This document shows positions 18,666 to 28,114 of a DNA stretch of 64,000 nucleotides, piece after piece. This DNA comes from Candidatus Omnitrophota bacterium (GTDB lineage Bacteria; Omnitrophota; Gorgyraeia; Gygaellales; JBFMHM01), in contig JBFMHM010000005.1 in NCBI GenBank assembly GCA_040753015.1, positions 14,730-78,729 of the forward strand, in the 5' to 3' direction. The notes beneath the pieces were generated by a model, which had not been told where the DNA came from, searched no databases, and saw nothing but the letters and a program-made list of their open reading frames with translations. Each line of letters starts with the position of its first letter. Positions within the stretch are counted from its first letter, which is position 1. The translations under genes were made by a program, and so were the position numbers.

Positions 18666-20033
18666 CTACTCATTTTGGGTTAAAATATAACTGTTAATTA
18701 ATTTATGCGGCCGATAAGACATTTTTACTTTCTCTAAATTACTAATCCCTGAATCATCCATTACATTTATAAATTTATACATGGTTAGTTTTTTACAAAA
18801 TTGCCAAAAAATAAACTGAGCAAGGCCTTTGATCTCTAAATCGGTAATTTCTGCAAAAATACAGAATGTATCTTTGTTTATCGGATAGCCAAAAGAATAT
18901 GCTTTTATTTTACCATTTCCACCCGAGGCGGATCCGCCTTTGGCGTAAATTTTTACAACATAACCATTCATCACAAGTTTAGCAAAATTCTTCATTAAAA
19001 ATTCATGCAGGATAAGATTATCCTTGATCATCATACAATACACATCATCTTTATTGAATTTTAACTGCCTATTACCTGACCAATTTTTATATAAACTAAT
19101 GGCTTCCTTTGTATATTCTTTGTTAAATGGCATAAATTCATAATTATAATTTTTCAAAAAATAATTCAATGCTGACCTTTTAGATTTAAATTTATCGCCT
19201 CTTAATTCAATCATATCCTTTGTGGCATATAAATATTCTTTAAATTTTGGTTTTAAAAAATATTGTGGCCTGTCGGTAGAGACGCAATTAATCATTTCTC
19301 TACAACCAAATCCATCTTCAATATTTTCTATTCTAGATACTGCTTTATTTTTATTAACGCTATTCATAATTTCAAAACACTTTTCTATTGTTCCAATATC
19401 GATTTTTTCCCCTAGCGGAAAAAAATTCATAAAGCAGCTACGGCTATCTTTAAAAAATATGCATAGGTTAGCATTAATAAAACAATAGGTGATATCATAC
19501 AAACATTTCCAAAGAAAAATGTTTTCAAATGAGTAAGCTGAAAGAGTATATTTAGAAATTTTAAGATAGCTATTTATTAATTTCTTATCCCGAATAGAAA
19601 GATTAATTAGTTTAGTATCAATATTAACTTTATCTAAAAAAATTAATTCATCTTTTGGGTATTCTTTAATAAAACCGGGGTTATCGAGAATAAATTTTTT
19701 GTTTTTGCTAGATAACAAGTACTTTACTAGGCCATCTGTATATGATTTTAAATTTAATTTACTAATATTTTCCTCAATGAACAAACATAATTTATGCAAT
19801 GCAATGTAGACTTGATTTTCTCTTTTTGCTAAAACAAAAGGGTATATTTTACAATCAAGCGGCCGTCGTGGATAAATCTTGCATTTATTCGTCTTAATAT
19901 CCAAATGCGGACACACATATAAATCTTTATAAACATTTGGTTTTATTTTATAAGGAAGCCAAACAGTATTTATATCATGAAATCTGCAGCACCCAAGGCA
20001 GGCAAGGCAAAATTTTGAAGAAACAAAGCGCAT
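18666..20033 (-). CDS. Hypothetical protein with an N-terminal YkgJ-type Cys-cluster (CxxCxxCC) domain fused to a large uncharacterised C-terminal domain
   Basis: CLACLGCCRFH...CPHL...CKIYPRRPLDCKIYPF Cys pattern of the UPF0153/YkgJ zinc/iron-chelating domain. The remainder is unassigned. Confidence 0.4.
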   Translation of the reverse strand: MRFVSSKFCLACLGCCRFHDINTVWLPYKIKPNVYKDLYVCPHLDIKTNKCKIYPRRPLDCKIYPFVLAKRENQVYIALHKLCLFIEENISKLNLKSYTDGLVKYLLSSKNKKFILDNPGFIKEYPKDELIFLDKVNIDTKLINLSIRDKKLINSYLKISKYTLSAYSFENIFLWKCLYDITYCFINANLCIFFKDSRSCFMNFFPLGEKIDIGTIEKCFEIMNSVNKNKAVSRIENIEDGFGCREMINCVSTDRPQYFLKPKFKEYLYATKDMIELRGDKFKSKRSALNYFLKNYNYEFMPFNKEYTKEAISLYKNWSGNRQLKFNKDDVYCMMIKDNLILHEFLMKNFAKLVMNGYVVKIYAKGGSASGGNGKIKAYSFGYPINKDTFCIFAEITDLEIKGLAQFIFWQFCKKLTMYKFINVMDDSGISNLEKVKMSYRPHKLINSYILTQNE

Positions 20034-20354
20034 TTATTTTACTACCACGCCTGGTTTAGCTAAACGGCTGGGGCTTATAATACAAACACCCTGTTCGTCA
20101 GATGCAGCTAAAAGCATTCCTTGCGATTCAATACCGCGAATAATCGCCGGCTCTAAATTATCGATTATTACGATTTGTTTGCCGACTAAATCTTGAGGAA
20201 TATAATACTGCTTAATTCCAGCTACAATTTGTTTTGTCTTATCGCCAACATCAATAATTAGGCGGTATAATTTATTGGCCCCTTCGATTTCATAAACTTC
20301 TTTAATAGTCGCGACTTTTAATTCTAATTTCCTGAATTCTTCGTATGTAGCCAT
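20034..20354 (-). CDS. tRNA-binding domain protein (CsaA/Myf-like OB fold)
   Basis: A 106-aa protein. LKVATIKEVYEIEGANKLYRLIIDVG...IVAGI pattern of the MetRS C-terminal/CsaA tRNA-binding domain. Confidence 0.55.
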   Translation of the reverse strand: MATYEEFRKLELKVATIKEVYEIEGANKLYRLIIDVGDKTKQIVAGIKQYYIPQDLVGKQIVIIDNLEPAIIRGIESQGMLLAASDEQGVCIISPSRLAKPGVVVK

Positions 20355-20385
20355 AAATTTGCACCTTAATAATATTTGTTGCTCT

Positions 20386-21051
20386 TTACAGTTTCTCGGG
20401 ATGGTGTTTTACGACTTTTGCCTCTACCATATAGATTATATCTTCAGCGATATTTGTGGCATGATCACAGATACGCTCTAAAAAACGTGCAATCAATAAA
20501 AGCGGCACTGCGCGAGGGCTAACTGTGCCGTCTTTCACCATATAATCTTCGATTAATTCTTTAGAAATTATATTGCGTAGATTATCGGCTTCTGAATCTA
20601 ACAGCAAAACACTTTTAGCAGCCTCGATATCCCTATTTACAAACGAATCAATTGACATTTTAACCATATCTTGCGCGATTCTGGTTAATTTAGGAATATC
20701 TACTAAAGGCTTTAAAAGCGGCTTATCTGCAATTTCAATAACCCGCTCGGAAATATCGACTGCAATGTCGGTGATTCTCTCTAATTCCGCGTTAATCTTC
20801 ATTCCTGTTGTTATAAAACGCAAGTCGCTTGCTAATGGTTGGTGACGGGCAATTAAATCAATGCATTTTTCGTCAATAACAAGTTCGAGTTCATCAACCC
20901 GTTTATCATTATCAATTATTTTTTTGGCTAAAACCTTATCCCTATTTTTTAAGGCTTCGATAGAATTAAATATCGCCTCCTGAGCAAACGCGCCCATTTT
21001 TAAAATATCATTTTTTAAATCGTTTAGCTCTTCATCAAAATGCCTTTGCAT
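20386..21051 (-). CDS. phoU: Phosphate signalling complex protein PhoU
   Basis: Two PhoU repeats. Size and position immediately downstream of pstB. Confidence 0.85.
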   Translation of the reverse strand: MQRHFDEELNDLKNDILKMGAFAQEAIFNSIEALKNRDKVLAKKIIDNDKRVDELELVIDEKCIDLIARHQPLASDLRFITTGMKINAELERITDIAVDISERVIEIADKPLLKPLVDIPKLTRIAQDMVKMSIDSFVNRDIEAAKSVLLLDSEADNLRNIISKELIEDYMVKDGTVSPRAVPLLLIARFLERICDHATNIAEDIIYMVEAKVVKHHPEKL

Positions 21052-21068
21052 AATTGTCCTCCATTATA

Positions 21069-21150
21069 ACCGCTAAAACGCAAAAGTTGCTAAAACGCAA
21101 AGATCAAATTTTGCGGTCTTTGCGGTTACAATTTTAGTGCTTTTGCGGTT
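21069..21150 (-). promoter_or_regulatory. Array of five related 9-mers (2x AAACGCAAA, 3x TTTGCGGTT) in the pstB-phoU intergenic region
   Basis: gctaaaacgcaaa at 21071-83 and 21089-101. ttttgcggt at 21109, tttgcggtt at 21119, ttttgcggtt at 21141. Confidence 0.5.
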
Positions 21151-21154
21151 GCAG

Positions 21155-21910
21155 TTACCCATATCTTCCAGTAATATAATCTTCGGTTTTTTTATCTTTT
21201 GGTTTAGTAAAAATATCGTCTGTCTTGGCAAATTCAACCAGTTCACCTAATAACATAAAACCCGTATCGTCGGAAACACGCGCTGCCTGTTGCATATTAT
21301 GAGTTACTATTATTATAGTATAATTCTTTTTAAGTTCACGCATTAATTCCTCGATGCGGCCTGTTGCCTGTGGGTCTAACGTAGAACACGGCTCATCCAT
21401 CAAAAGTACTTCAGGTTTAACTGCAATTAACCTAGCTATACAAAGTCTTTGCTTCTGTTCTAGAGAAAGCGACAACGCTGATTTATTTAATTTATCCTTT
21501 AGCTCATCCCACAAAAGTACAGATTTCAAACTTTCTTCTACTATTTTATCCATTTTATTTTTACTCGTATAACCTGAATGAACTTTTTCTCCAAAAATTA
21601 TATTTTCATAGATTGATAGCGGGAAAGGATTTGGCCTTTGGAATACCATGCCTACTCTTTTCCGCAGGCTAATTAAATCAGTGTGATTATTTAGTATATT
21701 ATTTTCATCAATAATAATTTCACCGTTCGTACGCACGCCTTCGATTAAATCATTCATTCGGTTAAATACACGAAGCATTGTTGATTTACCACAGCCTGAC
21801 GGGCCAATGATCGCCGTGATGGTTTTTTCTTTAAAATGTGCGCTTACGCTTTTAAGTGCATGAAAATTTCCATACCAGAGGTTTAATTTATTAACTTTAA
21901 TGTCAGCCAT
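21155..21910 (-). CDS. pstB: Phosphate ABC transporter ATP-binding protein PstB (copy 2)
   Basis: Walker [13 protein letters not shown] signature LSLEQKQRL, Walker B LLMDEP. Typical PstB N-terminus. Confidence 0.9.
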   Translation of the reverse strand: MADIKVNKLNLWYGNFHALKSVSAHFKEKTITAIIGPSGCGKSTMLRVFNRMNDLIEGVRTNGEIIIDENNILNNHTDLISLRKRVGMVFQRPNPFPLSIYENIIFGEKVHSGYTSKNKMDKIVEESLKSVLLWDELKDKLNKSALSLSLEQKQRLCIARLIAVKPEVLLMDEPCSTLDPQATGRIEELMRELKKNYTIIIVTHNMQQAARVSDDTGFMLLGELVEFAKTDDIFTKPKDKKTEDYITGRYG

Positions 21911-21913
21911 AAT

Positions 21914-22687
21914 TTATCCAAATTTTCCTATAATATAATCATTTGTCCGAGAATCATTTGGAGCAGTAAATATTTTTTCTGTTTTATCTACTTCAATAAG
22001 CTCCCCACTTAAAAAAAACGCAGTTCTGTCACCTACACGCGCTGCCTGTTTTACATTATTTGTTACTAAAACTATTGTGTATTGTTTTTTTAGCTCTATC
22101 ATTGCCTCTTCTACTTTTGCGGTTGAGATAGGATCGAGCCCCGAGCATGGTTCATCAAACAAAATCACTTCGGGCTCTACTGCTAAAGTCCGTGCAATAC
22201 AAAGCCTCTGTTGTTGGCCTCCCGATAATTTAAAAGCTGACTCATTTAATCTATCTTTTACCTCATCCCAAATGTATGCCTGTTTTAAAGATTTTTCGAC
22301 TATACTTTTTAATACATTTATATTTTTTTGGTCATGCATTCTAACACCATAGGCAATGTTATCAAATATGGATAACGGCAAAGGTAAGGGTAAAGCAAAA
22401 ACCATACCGACCTTTTTACGCACAAGTTCAATATCTAATTTTGTAATATCATTATTGTCTAATTTAACCAATCCCTGCATCCGAAAATTTGAATGTAATT
22501 CATTTAAACGATTAAGCATTCTTAAAAATGTGGTTTTGCCGCTGTTTGATGGGCCAATAACACTTAATATTTCATTTGCCTCAACGCACAAATTTAACGC
22601 CCTTAAGGCATGAATTGCGCCAAACCAAATATTGAGATTTTCTATGCTAATTTTTCCGCCTAAGGGCGGAATTTGATAACTCACCAT
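21914..22687 (-). CDS. pstB: Phosphate ABC transporter ATP-binding protein PstB (copy 1), in tandem with copy 2
   Basis: Walker A GPSNSGKTT, signature LSGGQQQRL, Walker B ILFDEP. Confidence 0.9.
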   Translation of the reverse strand: MVSYQIPPLGGKISIENLNIWFGAIHALRALNLCVEANEILSVIGPSNSGKTTFLRMLNRLNELHSNFRMQGLVKLDNNDITKLDIELVRKKVGMVFALPLPLPLSIFDNIAYGVRMHDQKNINVLKSIVEKSLKQAYIWDEVKDRLNESAFKLSGGQQQRLCIARTLAVEPEVILFDEPCSGLDPISTAKVEEAMIELKKQYTIVLVTNNVKQAARVGDRTAFFLSGELIEVDKTEKIFTAPNDSRTNDYIIGKFG

Positions 22688-23529
22688 TTCTTTTTTTTCC
22701 TAAATTGATAGCGAATAATTATTGCAATCAAATTCATAAATAATACTATTGTAAGCAAAACAAACGCGGTGCCATAACGAATTTTCTCATCAACATTTGG
22801 CACTTGAGTTGAAATTACATATAAGTGGTAAGGCAGCGCCATCGCTTGATCAAATATTGAGTGAGGAAGCTTGGGTAGATAAAATGCTGCTACTGTAAAA
22901 AGAATTGGCGCGGTTTCACCTGCTGCACGACCTAAGCCTAAAATTGTGCCGGTTAATATACCAGGAACTGCATTAGGCAAAACAATGTGCCTTGTTGTTT
23001 GCCACTTGCTTGCGCCAAGAGATAAGCTTACTTCACGAAATGATTGCGGCACACTTTCAAGCGCCTCACGGGAGGCAGTAATAATTATTGGTAAAATCAT
23101 AATTCCAAGTGTAAGCGACCCAGAAAGAATTGATGCACCAAATTTAAAGAACACAACAAAAATTGCCAAACCAAACAATCCATATACGACTGACGGCACG
23201 CCTGATAAATTTATAATCGCAAGTTTAATCAAACGCGTTAAAACATTTTCTCTAGAATATTCGCTTAGATAAATTGCTGACATAACGCCAATAGGAAGAG
23301 CAAATAATATTGCGCCAGTTACTAAATAAATTGTCCCAACAATCGCTGGGAAAATTCCTCCCGCGCGCATACCCTGGCGCGGAATATCAAAAATAAATTG
23401 CCAATTTATTGCCGGTAGGCCTTTTTGTATAATAACAACAATGATTAAGCCTACGGGAATAACTATAAACAAAGTTGCAATCAGTAAAAAGAAAAAAGCA
23501 ATTTTCTGGCTGCGTAAGGAATTTTTCAT
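22681..23529 (-). CDS. pstA: Phosphate ABC transporter permease PstA
   Basis: Polytopic permease with an ABC transmembrane type-1 EAA-like loop, located between pstC and pstB. Confidence 0.85.
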   Translation of the reverse strand: MKNSLRSQKIAFFFLLIATLFIVIPVGLIIVVIIQKGLPAINWQFIFDIPRQGMRAGGIFPAIVGTIYLVTGAILFALPIGVMSAIYLSEYSRENVLTRLIKLAIINLSGVPSVVYGLFGLAIFVVFFKFGASILSGSLTLGIMILPIIITASREALESVPQSFREVSLSLGASKWQTTRHIVLPNAVPGILTGTILGLGRAAGETAPILFTVAAFYLPKLPHSIFDQAMALPYHLYVISTQVPNVDEKIRYGTAFVLLTIVLFMNLIAIIIRYQFRKKKKW

Positions 23530-23531
23530 TT

Positions 23532-24395
23532 TTATTTTCGTTTATGAATAGCTAAATCCGCACCAACATTAATTACAAAACTAATCACAAATAATACAAT
23601 ACCAATCGCAAACAAGGCAAAATAATGCTCGCTTCCTACAACCGTCTCGCCCATTTCTGCAGCAATTGTTGCTGTAAGAGTTCTTACCGGCTGTAAAATA
23701 CTCTGTGGTATAATTGCGGAATTTCCCGTAATCATCATTACTGCCATTGTCTCTCCAATAACCCTACCAATCCCAAGCATAACTGCAGCAACTATGCCGG
23801 AGGACGCGGCCGGAAGCATAACACGCCAGATTGTCTGCCAATGAGTTGCCCCCAACGCAAAAGCACCTTCTTTATAAGACTTTGGCACAGAATAAAGCGC
23901 ATCTTCAGCAATTGAAACAATTGTTGGCATTGCCATAAATGCAAGCATAATTGAACCAGAAAGCGCAGTTAAACCTGTAGGTATATGAAAAATATTTTTT
24001 ACAAGCGGCACGAGTGTTACCATACCAATAAATCCTAAGACAACACTAGGAATTGCCGCTAAAAGCTCGATACCTGCCTTAAGAATTTCTTTTATTCTAC
24101 CAGGTGCAACCTCTGCAATATAGATTGCGCAACCAACACCGATTGGAATAGAAATTATTGCCGCGCCAATTGTAACAATTAGCGAACCCAAAATTAAAGG
24201 TAAAATTCCCAGCTGGGCTGGTTCGGAAATTGGATACCAATTTTTACCGAAGATAAATTGAGATGGCGTAATTATTTTAAATAAAGCAAGGCCCTCTTTT
24301 AATAAAAAAAGAAAAATTAAAATAACAAAAAATATAGAAGCAACTCCGCAAATTGCAATCAGTTTTTCTATAATAAATTCTTTAAATTTTCGCAT
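23532..24395 (-). CDS. pstC: Phosphate ABC transporter permease PstC
   Basis: Polytopic permease adjacent to pstS and pstA. Confidence 0.85.
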   Translation of the reverse strand: MRKFKEFIIEKLIAICGVASIFFVILIFLFLLKEGLALFKIITPSQFIFGKNWYPISEPAQLGILPLILGSLIVTIGAAIISIPIGVGCAIYIAEVAPGRIKEILKAGIELLAAIPSVVLGFIGMVTLVPLVKNIFHIPTGLTALSGSIMLAFMAMPTIVSIAEDALYSVPKSYKEGAFALGATHWQTIWRVMLPAASSGIVAAVMLGIGRVIGETMAVMMITGNSAIIPQSILQPVRTLTATIAAEMGETVVGSEHYFALFAIGIVLFVISFVINVGADLAIHKRK

Positions 24396-24544
24396 TATTT
24401 TTACCTTTTCCCTAATTATCGTAACGCTTAATGAAATTTATATAGTGTTTTTCCGCGCGCAACGATCCGAGCAGGCCCGAAGGGCCATTGGGTTTAATTC
24501 CCCTGATGCGAAGGGATGTAAGCACGGAAAAATACTATAAAATT
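24396..24544 (-). promoter_or_regulatory. Locally GC-rich structured element in the pstS-pstC intercistronic region
   Basis: ttttccgcgcgcaacgatccgagcaggcccgaagggccattgggtttaattcccctgatgcgaagggatgtaagcacggaaaaa with long-range complementarity (ttccgcgc...gcacggaa) and internal GGGCC/GGCCC pairs. Confidence 0.4.
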
Positions 24545-25396
24545 TCATTTTATTGGCACGAAGTCGGTTTTTAACACAATGTCTTGGCCTTCTTTTGAAA
24601 GTATAAAATCAACAAATTTTTTTACATCACCTTTAGGCTCACCATTAGTATATATAAATAATGGCCTAGATATTGGATATTTTCCAGAAACAACATTATC
24701 TATAGTTGGCGCGACATATCCTGATTTTACATTCTTAGCAACCGATATTGGTTTTTGTTTTGAAGATATATAACCCATTCCATAATAACCTATGGCTGCT
24801 GGATTTTGTGATACTTCATCGGCAATCGCCTGAGAAGATGTAAGCATTAAAGCGCTTGGGCTAAATTCCTCTTTTGAACCAGGGTCATTATTTCGCAAAA
24901 CATGTTCTTTAAAATAAACATGGGTGCCAGAGTTTACCTCACGGGATAAAATAACAATCTTTGCATCATTACCACCTACTTCTTTCCAATTTTTAATTTT
25001 ACCGCAAAAAATTCCAGCAAGCTGCTCTATGGTTAAATTATTAACGGGATTTTTAGGATTTACTACAACTGCTAATCCATCTAAGCCAACTTTCATTTCA
25101 TAAGGATCTATGCCTTTTTGTTTAGCCAGATTGATTTCTTTCTGTTTAATATTGCGTGAGCTCATGGCAATATCGCAAGTACCGCTAATTAAGCTTGAAA
25201 TTCCTGTTCCCGAACCTCCGCCGGTTACGGCAATAAAAGAATCCGGGTTTATTTCCATATATTTCTCTGCCCAGGCCTGGCCCAAATTTACCATTGTGTC
25301 AGACCCTTTTATTTGAATAGACCCATCTTTTGCCTTAGCAAAAACGTTACTTGCAAATAAAATTCCAATTACAGTAATAAATATTTTTTTAAACAT
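24545..25396 (-). CDS. pstS: Phosphate-binding periplasmic protein PstS
   Basis: Signal peptide. TGGGSGTGISSL and SREVNSGTHVYF phosphate-binding motifs. Confidence 0.85.
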   Translation of the reverse strand: MFKKIFITVIGILFASNVFAKAKDGSIQIKGSDTMVNLGQAWAEKYMEINPDSFIAVTGGGSGTGISSLISGTCDIAMSSRNIKQKEINLAKQKGIDPYEMKVGLDGLAVVVNPKNPVNNLTIEQLAGIFCGKIKNWKEVGGNDAKIVILSREVNSGTHVYFKEHVLRNNDPGSKEEFSPSALMLTSSQAIADEVSQNPAAIGYYGMGYISSKQKPISVAKNVKSGYVAPTIDNVVSGKYPISRPLFIYTNGEPKGDVKKFVDFILSKEGQDIVLKTDFVPIK

Positions 25397-25497
25397 ATTG
25401 CCTCATTATAGGATGTCTTGATTTTATGTCGAAACAAAAATCTAATTATATTCTACCCTAAATAAATATAAACTTATGTTAAATGTATGTAAAATTT

Positions 25498-26154
25498 TTA
25501 GAATACTAACTTTATCTTTACACCTAACACATTAGACTGCTTCCATTTTTTCCCATCCCTATTGCTTTGCAATAAATAAAACAATTCTCCTTTTAAATTT
25601 TTTGTAAAAGTTGCGCCTGCACCGGTATAAAATCTATTGCGCGTAAATGCCTTGTTGTAAAATACTAAGAATATCTCATCCGCTATAAATGGCTGGATTT
25701 TGAATTTCGTAAATTTCCAAGGGAATTTAACAGTAAATTTATTGCGGTACCTAAAAGTATCTGGTTGATAATCAAAATGCCGATACTCTAAACGATTCCT
25801 ATCCTCTAGACTAAAACCAAATAAATCGTGTTTTAAAATAGCATTTATATGCGGCCGGTTTTCTTGTTTGATTTTTTTTCCTTGTTTCTTTTCATAAACC
25901 TGCCTGTAGTTTATACCTAAATCTAAAAATTTATTCATAGCATAAACATATCCTCCATCATAATGATGATAGAAAAAGTCACTTGCATCATTAGCAAAGC
26001 GAAATTCTTCCTCTAGTGTTATTTTTGAATTTTTATTGATTTTCACTTCTTCTACTTCTGTATTCCAAACCTGGAAATCACCATCATCGTAAGCGTATAC
26101 ATTGCATCCTAACAACAATACAATACCGATTACCATAAAAACTCTTTTACCCAT
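25498..26154 (-). CDS. Small predicted outer-membrane beta-barrel protein (DUF2490-like) directly upstream of pstS
   Basis: Signal peptide, alternating hydrophobic pattern, C-terminal ...IKLVF. Confidence 0.45.
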   Translation of the reverse strand: MGKRVFMVIGIVLLLGCNVYAYDDGDFQVWNTEVEEVKINKNSKITLEEEFRFANDASDFFYHHYDGGYVYAMNKFLDLGINYRQVYEKKQGKKIKQENRPHINAILKHDLFGFSLEDRNRLEYRHFDYQPDTFRYRNKFTVKFPWKFTKFKIQPFIADEIFLVFYNKAFTRNRFYTGAGATFTKNLKGELFYLLQSNRDGKKWKQSNVLGVKIKLVF

Positions 26155-26263
26155 TTAACCTCCTGGTATAATTGTTATTAATTACAAACAAAGTATAAAA
26201 TAACAAGGTTAAATGTGCTTCAAGAAGATGTAAAATATGAGTAAAGTTTATTTTTAGGAAACC

Positions 26264-27568
26264 TTGCCTCTGGTAAAATATATATTGCAATTTAACCGGA
26301 ACTTGGTTAAAATACAAGATATGAAAAAACTAATAAATAGGATTCAGCTTAATCTTTTAAAAACATATTTGCGTAAATTTCCAGTGGTAGCTATAATTGG
26401 AGCCCGCCAAACAGGTAAAACTACGCTCGTAAGAAATCTATTGGACCAAAAAAGAGCGTTCTTTACTTTAGATGACCCAGCAATATTATTAGTTGCTAAT
26501 CAAAATCCTCAATCTTTTTTGGAACAAGCCCCTTATATTACTATTGATGAAGTTCAAAGATGCCCGTCACTACTTTTAGAGATTAAAAGAATTGTTGATC
26601 AAAAAAGGATTCCCGGCCAGTTTATTATCACTGGTTCAAGTAATATTATGATGCTGCCAAAAATTTCTGAAACTTTATCGGGAAGGATTGCTTTTATTGA
26701 ACTTGAACCTCTTACAATATATGAAATATATTCAACATCTCTTAATACGCCAAAAGCCATTGAAATTATAACTTCAAAAACAGGTAATGCTTGTTGGAAA
26801 ATTTTAACGGACTTAAAAATTACTAAGTTGCCATTAGAAAAAATATTATTCAACGGTGGTTATCCTACAGCTTGGCTAGAGGCAAATGACAGCCTGCGGC
26901 AAGAATGGTTTAGATCATATATCAGAACTTATCTTGAGCGCGATGTAAGAGACTTATCAAGAATACAAAAATTATTTGAGTACCAAAAATTTCTTGCTTT
27001 GACTGCTTTTCGCTCTGCACAAATTCTGGAACGTTCTAACCTCGCAAAAGATGCTGGCATTCCTTATACTACCGCAGGGCATTTTTTTGACTTATTAATC
27101 GCGACATTCCAATTATTTTTACTTCCGCCATATTTTAGAAATATCGGCAAGCGTCTAATAAAATCTCCAAAACTTATATGGAACGATACAGGTATCGCTT
27201 CATATCTACAAGGGATAACCTCTTGGCAAGAAGCAATAAGGCTCGGACGAGATTCATTTCTTATGGAAAATAAAATCGCCCTGGAATTAAAAACTCTACT
27301 CTCAGTATATCTGCCATCTAGTAAGTTATTTTACTGGCGGACATCTGCCGGCGCAGAAGTAGATATCTTAATAGAAAATAATAATCGGCTTGTCCCTATT
27401 GAAGTAAAATGGCGCGAAGAAGTTTCCCTAAAAGATATTGTTGGATTAGAAAATTTCTTAAAAGACTTTAAAAATTCGGCATACTTTGGAATAGTGTTAT
27501 ACCGCGGTAAACAGCTTCTAAAACTTAAAGAGAATATATTTCTTGTGCCTTTCGAATGTTTCTTATGA
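26264..27568 (+). CDS. AAA+ ATPase with DUF4143 domain
   Basis: P-loop VVAIIGARQTGKTTL and the conserved architecture of this ATPase family. Confidence 0.7.
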   Translation: MPLVKYILQFNRNLVKIQDMKKLINRIQLNLLKTYLRKFPVVAIIGARQTGKTTLVRNLLDQKRAFFTLDDPAILLVANQNPQSFLEQAPYITIDEVQRCPSLLLEIKRIVDQKRIPGQFIITGSSNIMMLPKISETLSGRIAFIELEPLTIYEIYSTSLNTPKAIEIITSKTGNACWKILTDLKITKLPLEKILFNGGYPTAWLEANDSLRQEWFRSYIRTYLERDVRDLSRIQKLFEYQKFLALTAFRSAQILERSNLAKDAGIPYTTAGHFFDLLIATFQLFLLPPYFRNIGKRLIKSPKLIWNDTGIASYLQGITSWQEAIRLGRDSFLMENKIALELKTLLSVYLPSSKLFYWRTSAGAEVDILIENNNRLVPIEVKWREEVSLKDIVGLENFLKDFKNSAYFGIVLYRGKQLLKLKENIFLVPFECFL

Positions 27569-27640
27569 GCATACCAAACAAAATCCACAATTAGAATGAG
27601 AATTAAAATTTAGTTTAGAACCAGATTAAATTTGCCCAAA

Positions 27641-28114
27641 TTATTGTAGTATAAAGATTAGAAGGATTAGAAAAAATAACCCCACGGCTAAAAATATAGT
27701 TTTTACATCTAATATGTAAGAAATATTTTTTCCTGAGTTTATTTTAGTAATTGACTGCGCATGAATATCTAAATCTCCACCATGTTCAGGGCATGCTCGA
27801 TTAAATTTTCCAGTAATCTCTACTAAATCACCTTTTACTTTATAATTACCTATATAAAGAATGTCTCTAATTAAGTCTTTTTTTATCCATACACCTATTG
27901 CATTTAACCCATCGTTAATACTTAACCAAGCATATTCTTTACGCACCATAATGTCGCCTACCACTTCACCCTCAAAAGCAACTATCTTCCCATCATATTC
28001 TTTGGCGTTAGCAATAAGGTCAATACTCTTCATTGGTTGCTCAGCGTAGCACAATAAAGGCAAAAGTAAAAAGTACAGGTAAAAACTTAAAATGTTTAAA
28101 TTTTTAGTTTCCAT
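27641..28114 (-). CDS. Small signal-peptide protein with a BOF (YgiW-like OB-fold) domain and a C-terminal TM anchor, translationally coupled to trkH
   Basis: The ORF track extends to 28189. The likely start is METKN at about 28114, overlapping the trkH stop (TAATG-type junction). SIDLIANAKEYDGKIVAFEGEVVGDI resembles the BOF/DUF388 signature. The C-terminus is hydrophobic. Confidence 0.5.
   Translation of the reverse strand: METKNLNILSFYLYFLLLPLLCYAEQPMKSIDLIANAKEYDGKIVAFEGEVVGDIMVRKEYAWLSINDGLNAIGVWIKKDLIRDILYIGNYKVKGDLVEITGKFNRACPEHGGDLDIHAQSITKINSGKNISYILDVKTIFLAVGLFFLILLIFILQ

Noticed and set aside
25397-25497. Possible Pho box upstream of pstS
   Set aside because: No convincing match to the CTGTCAT-type direct-repeat consensus was visible by eye. 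The region is simply AT-rich promoter-like sequence.
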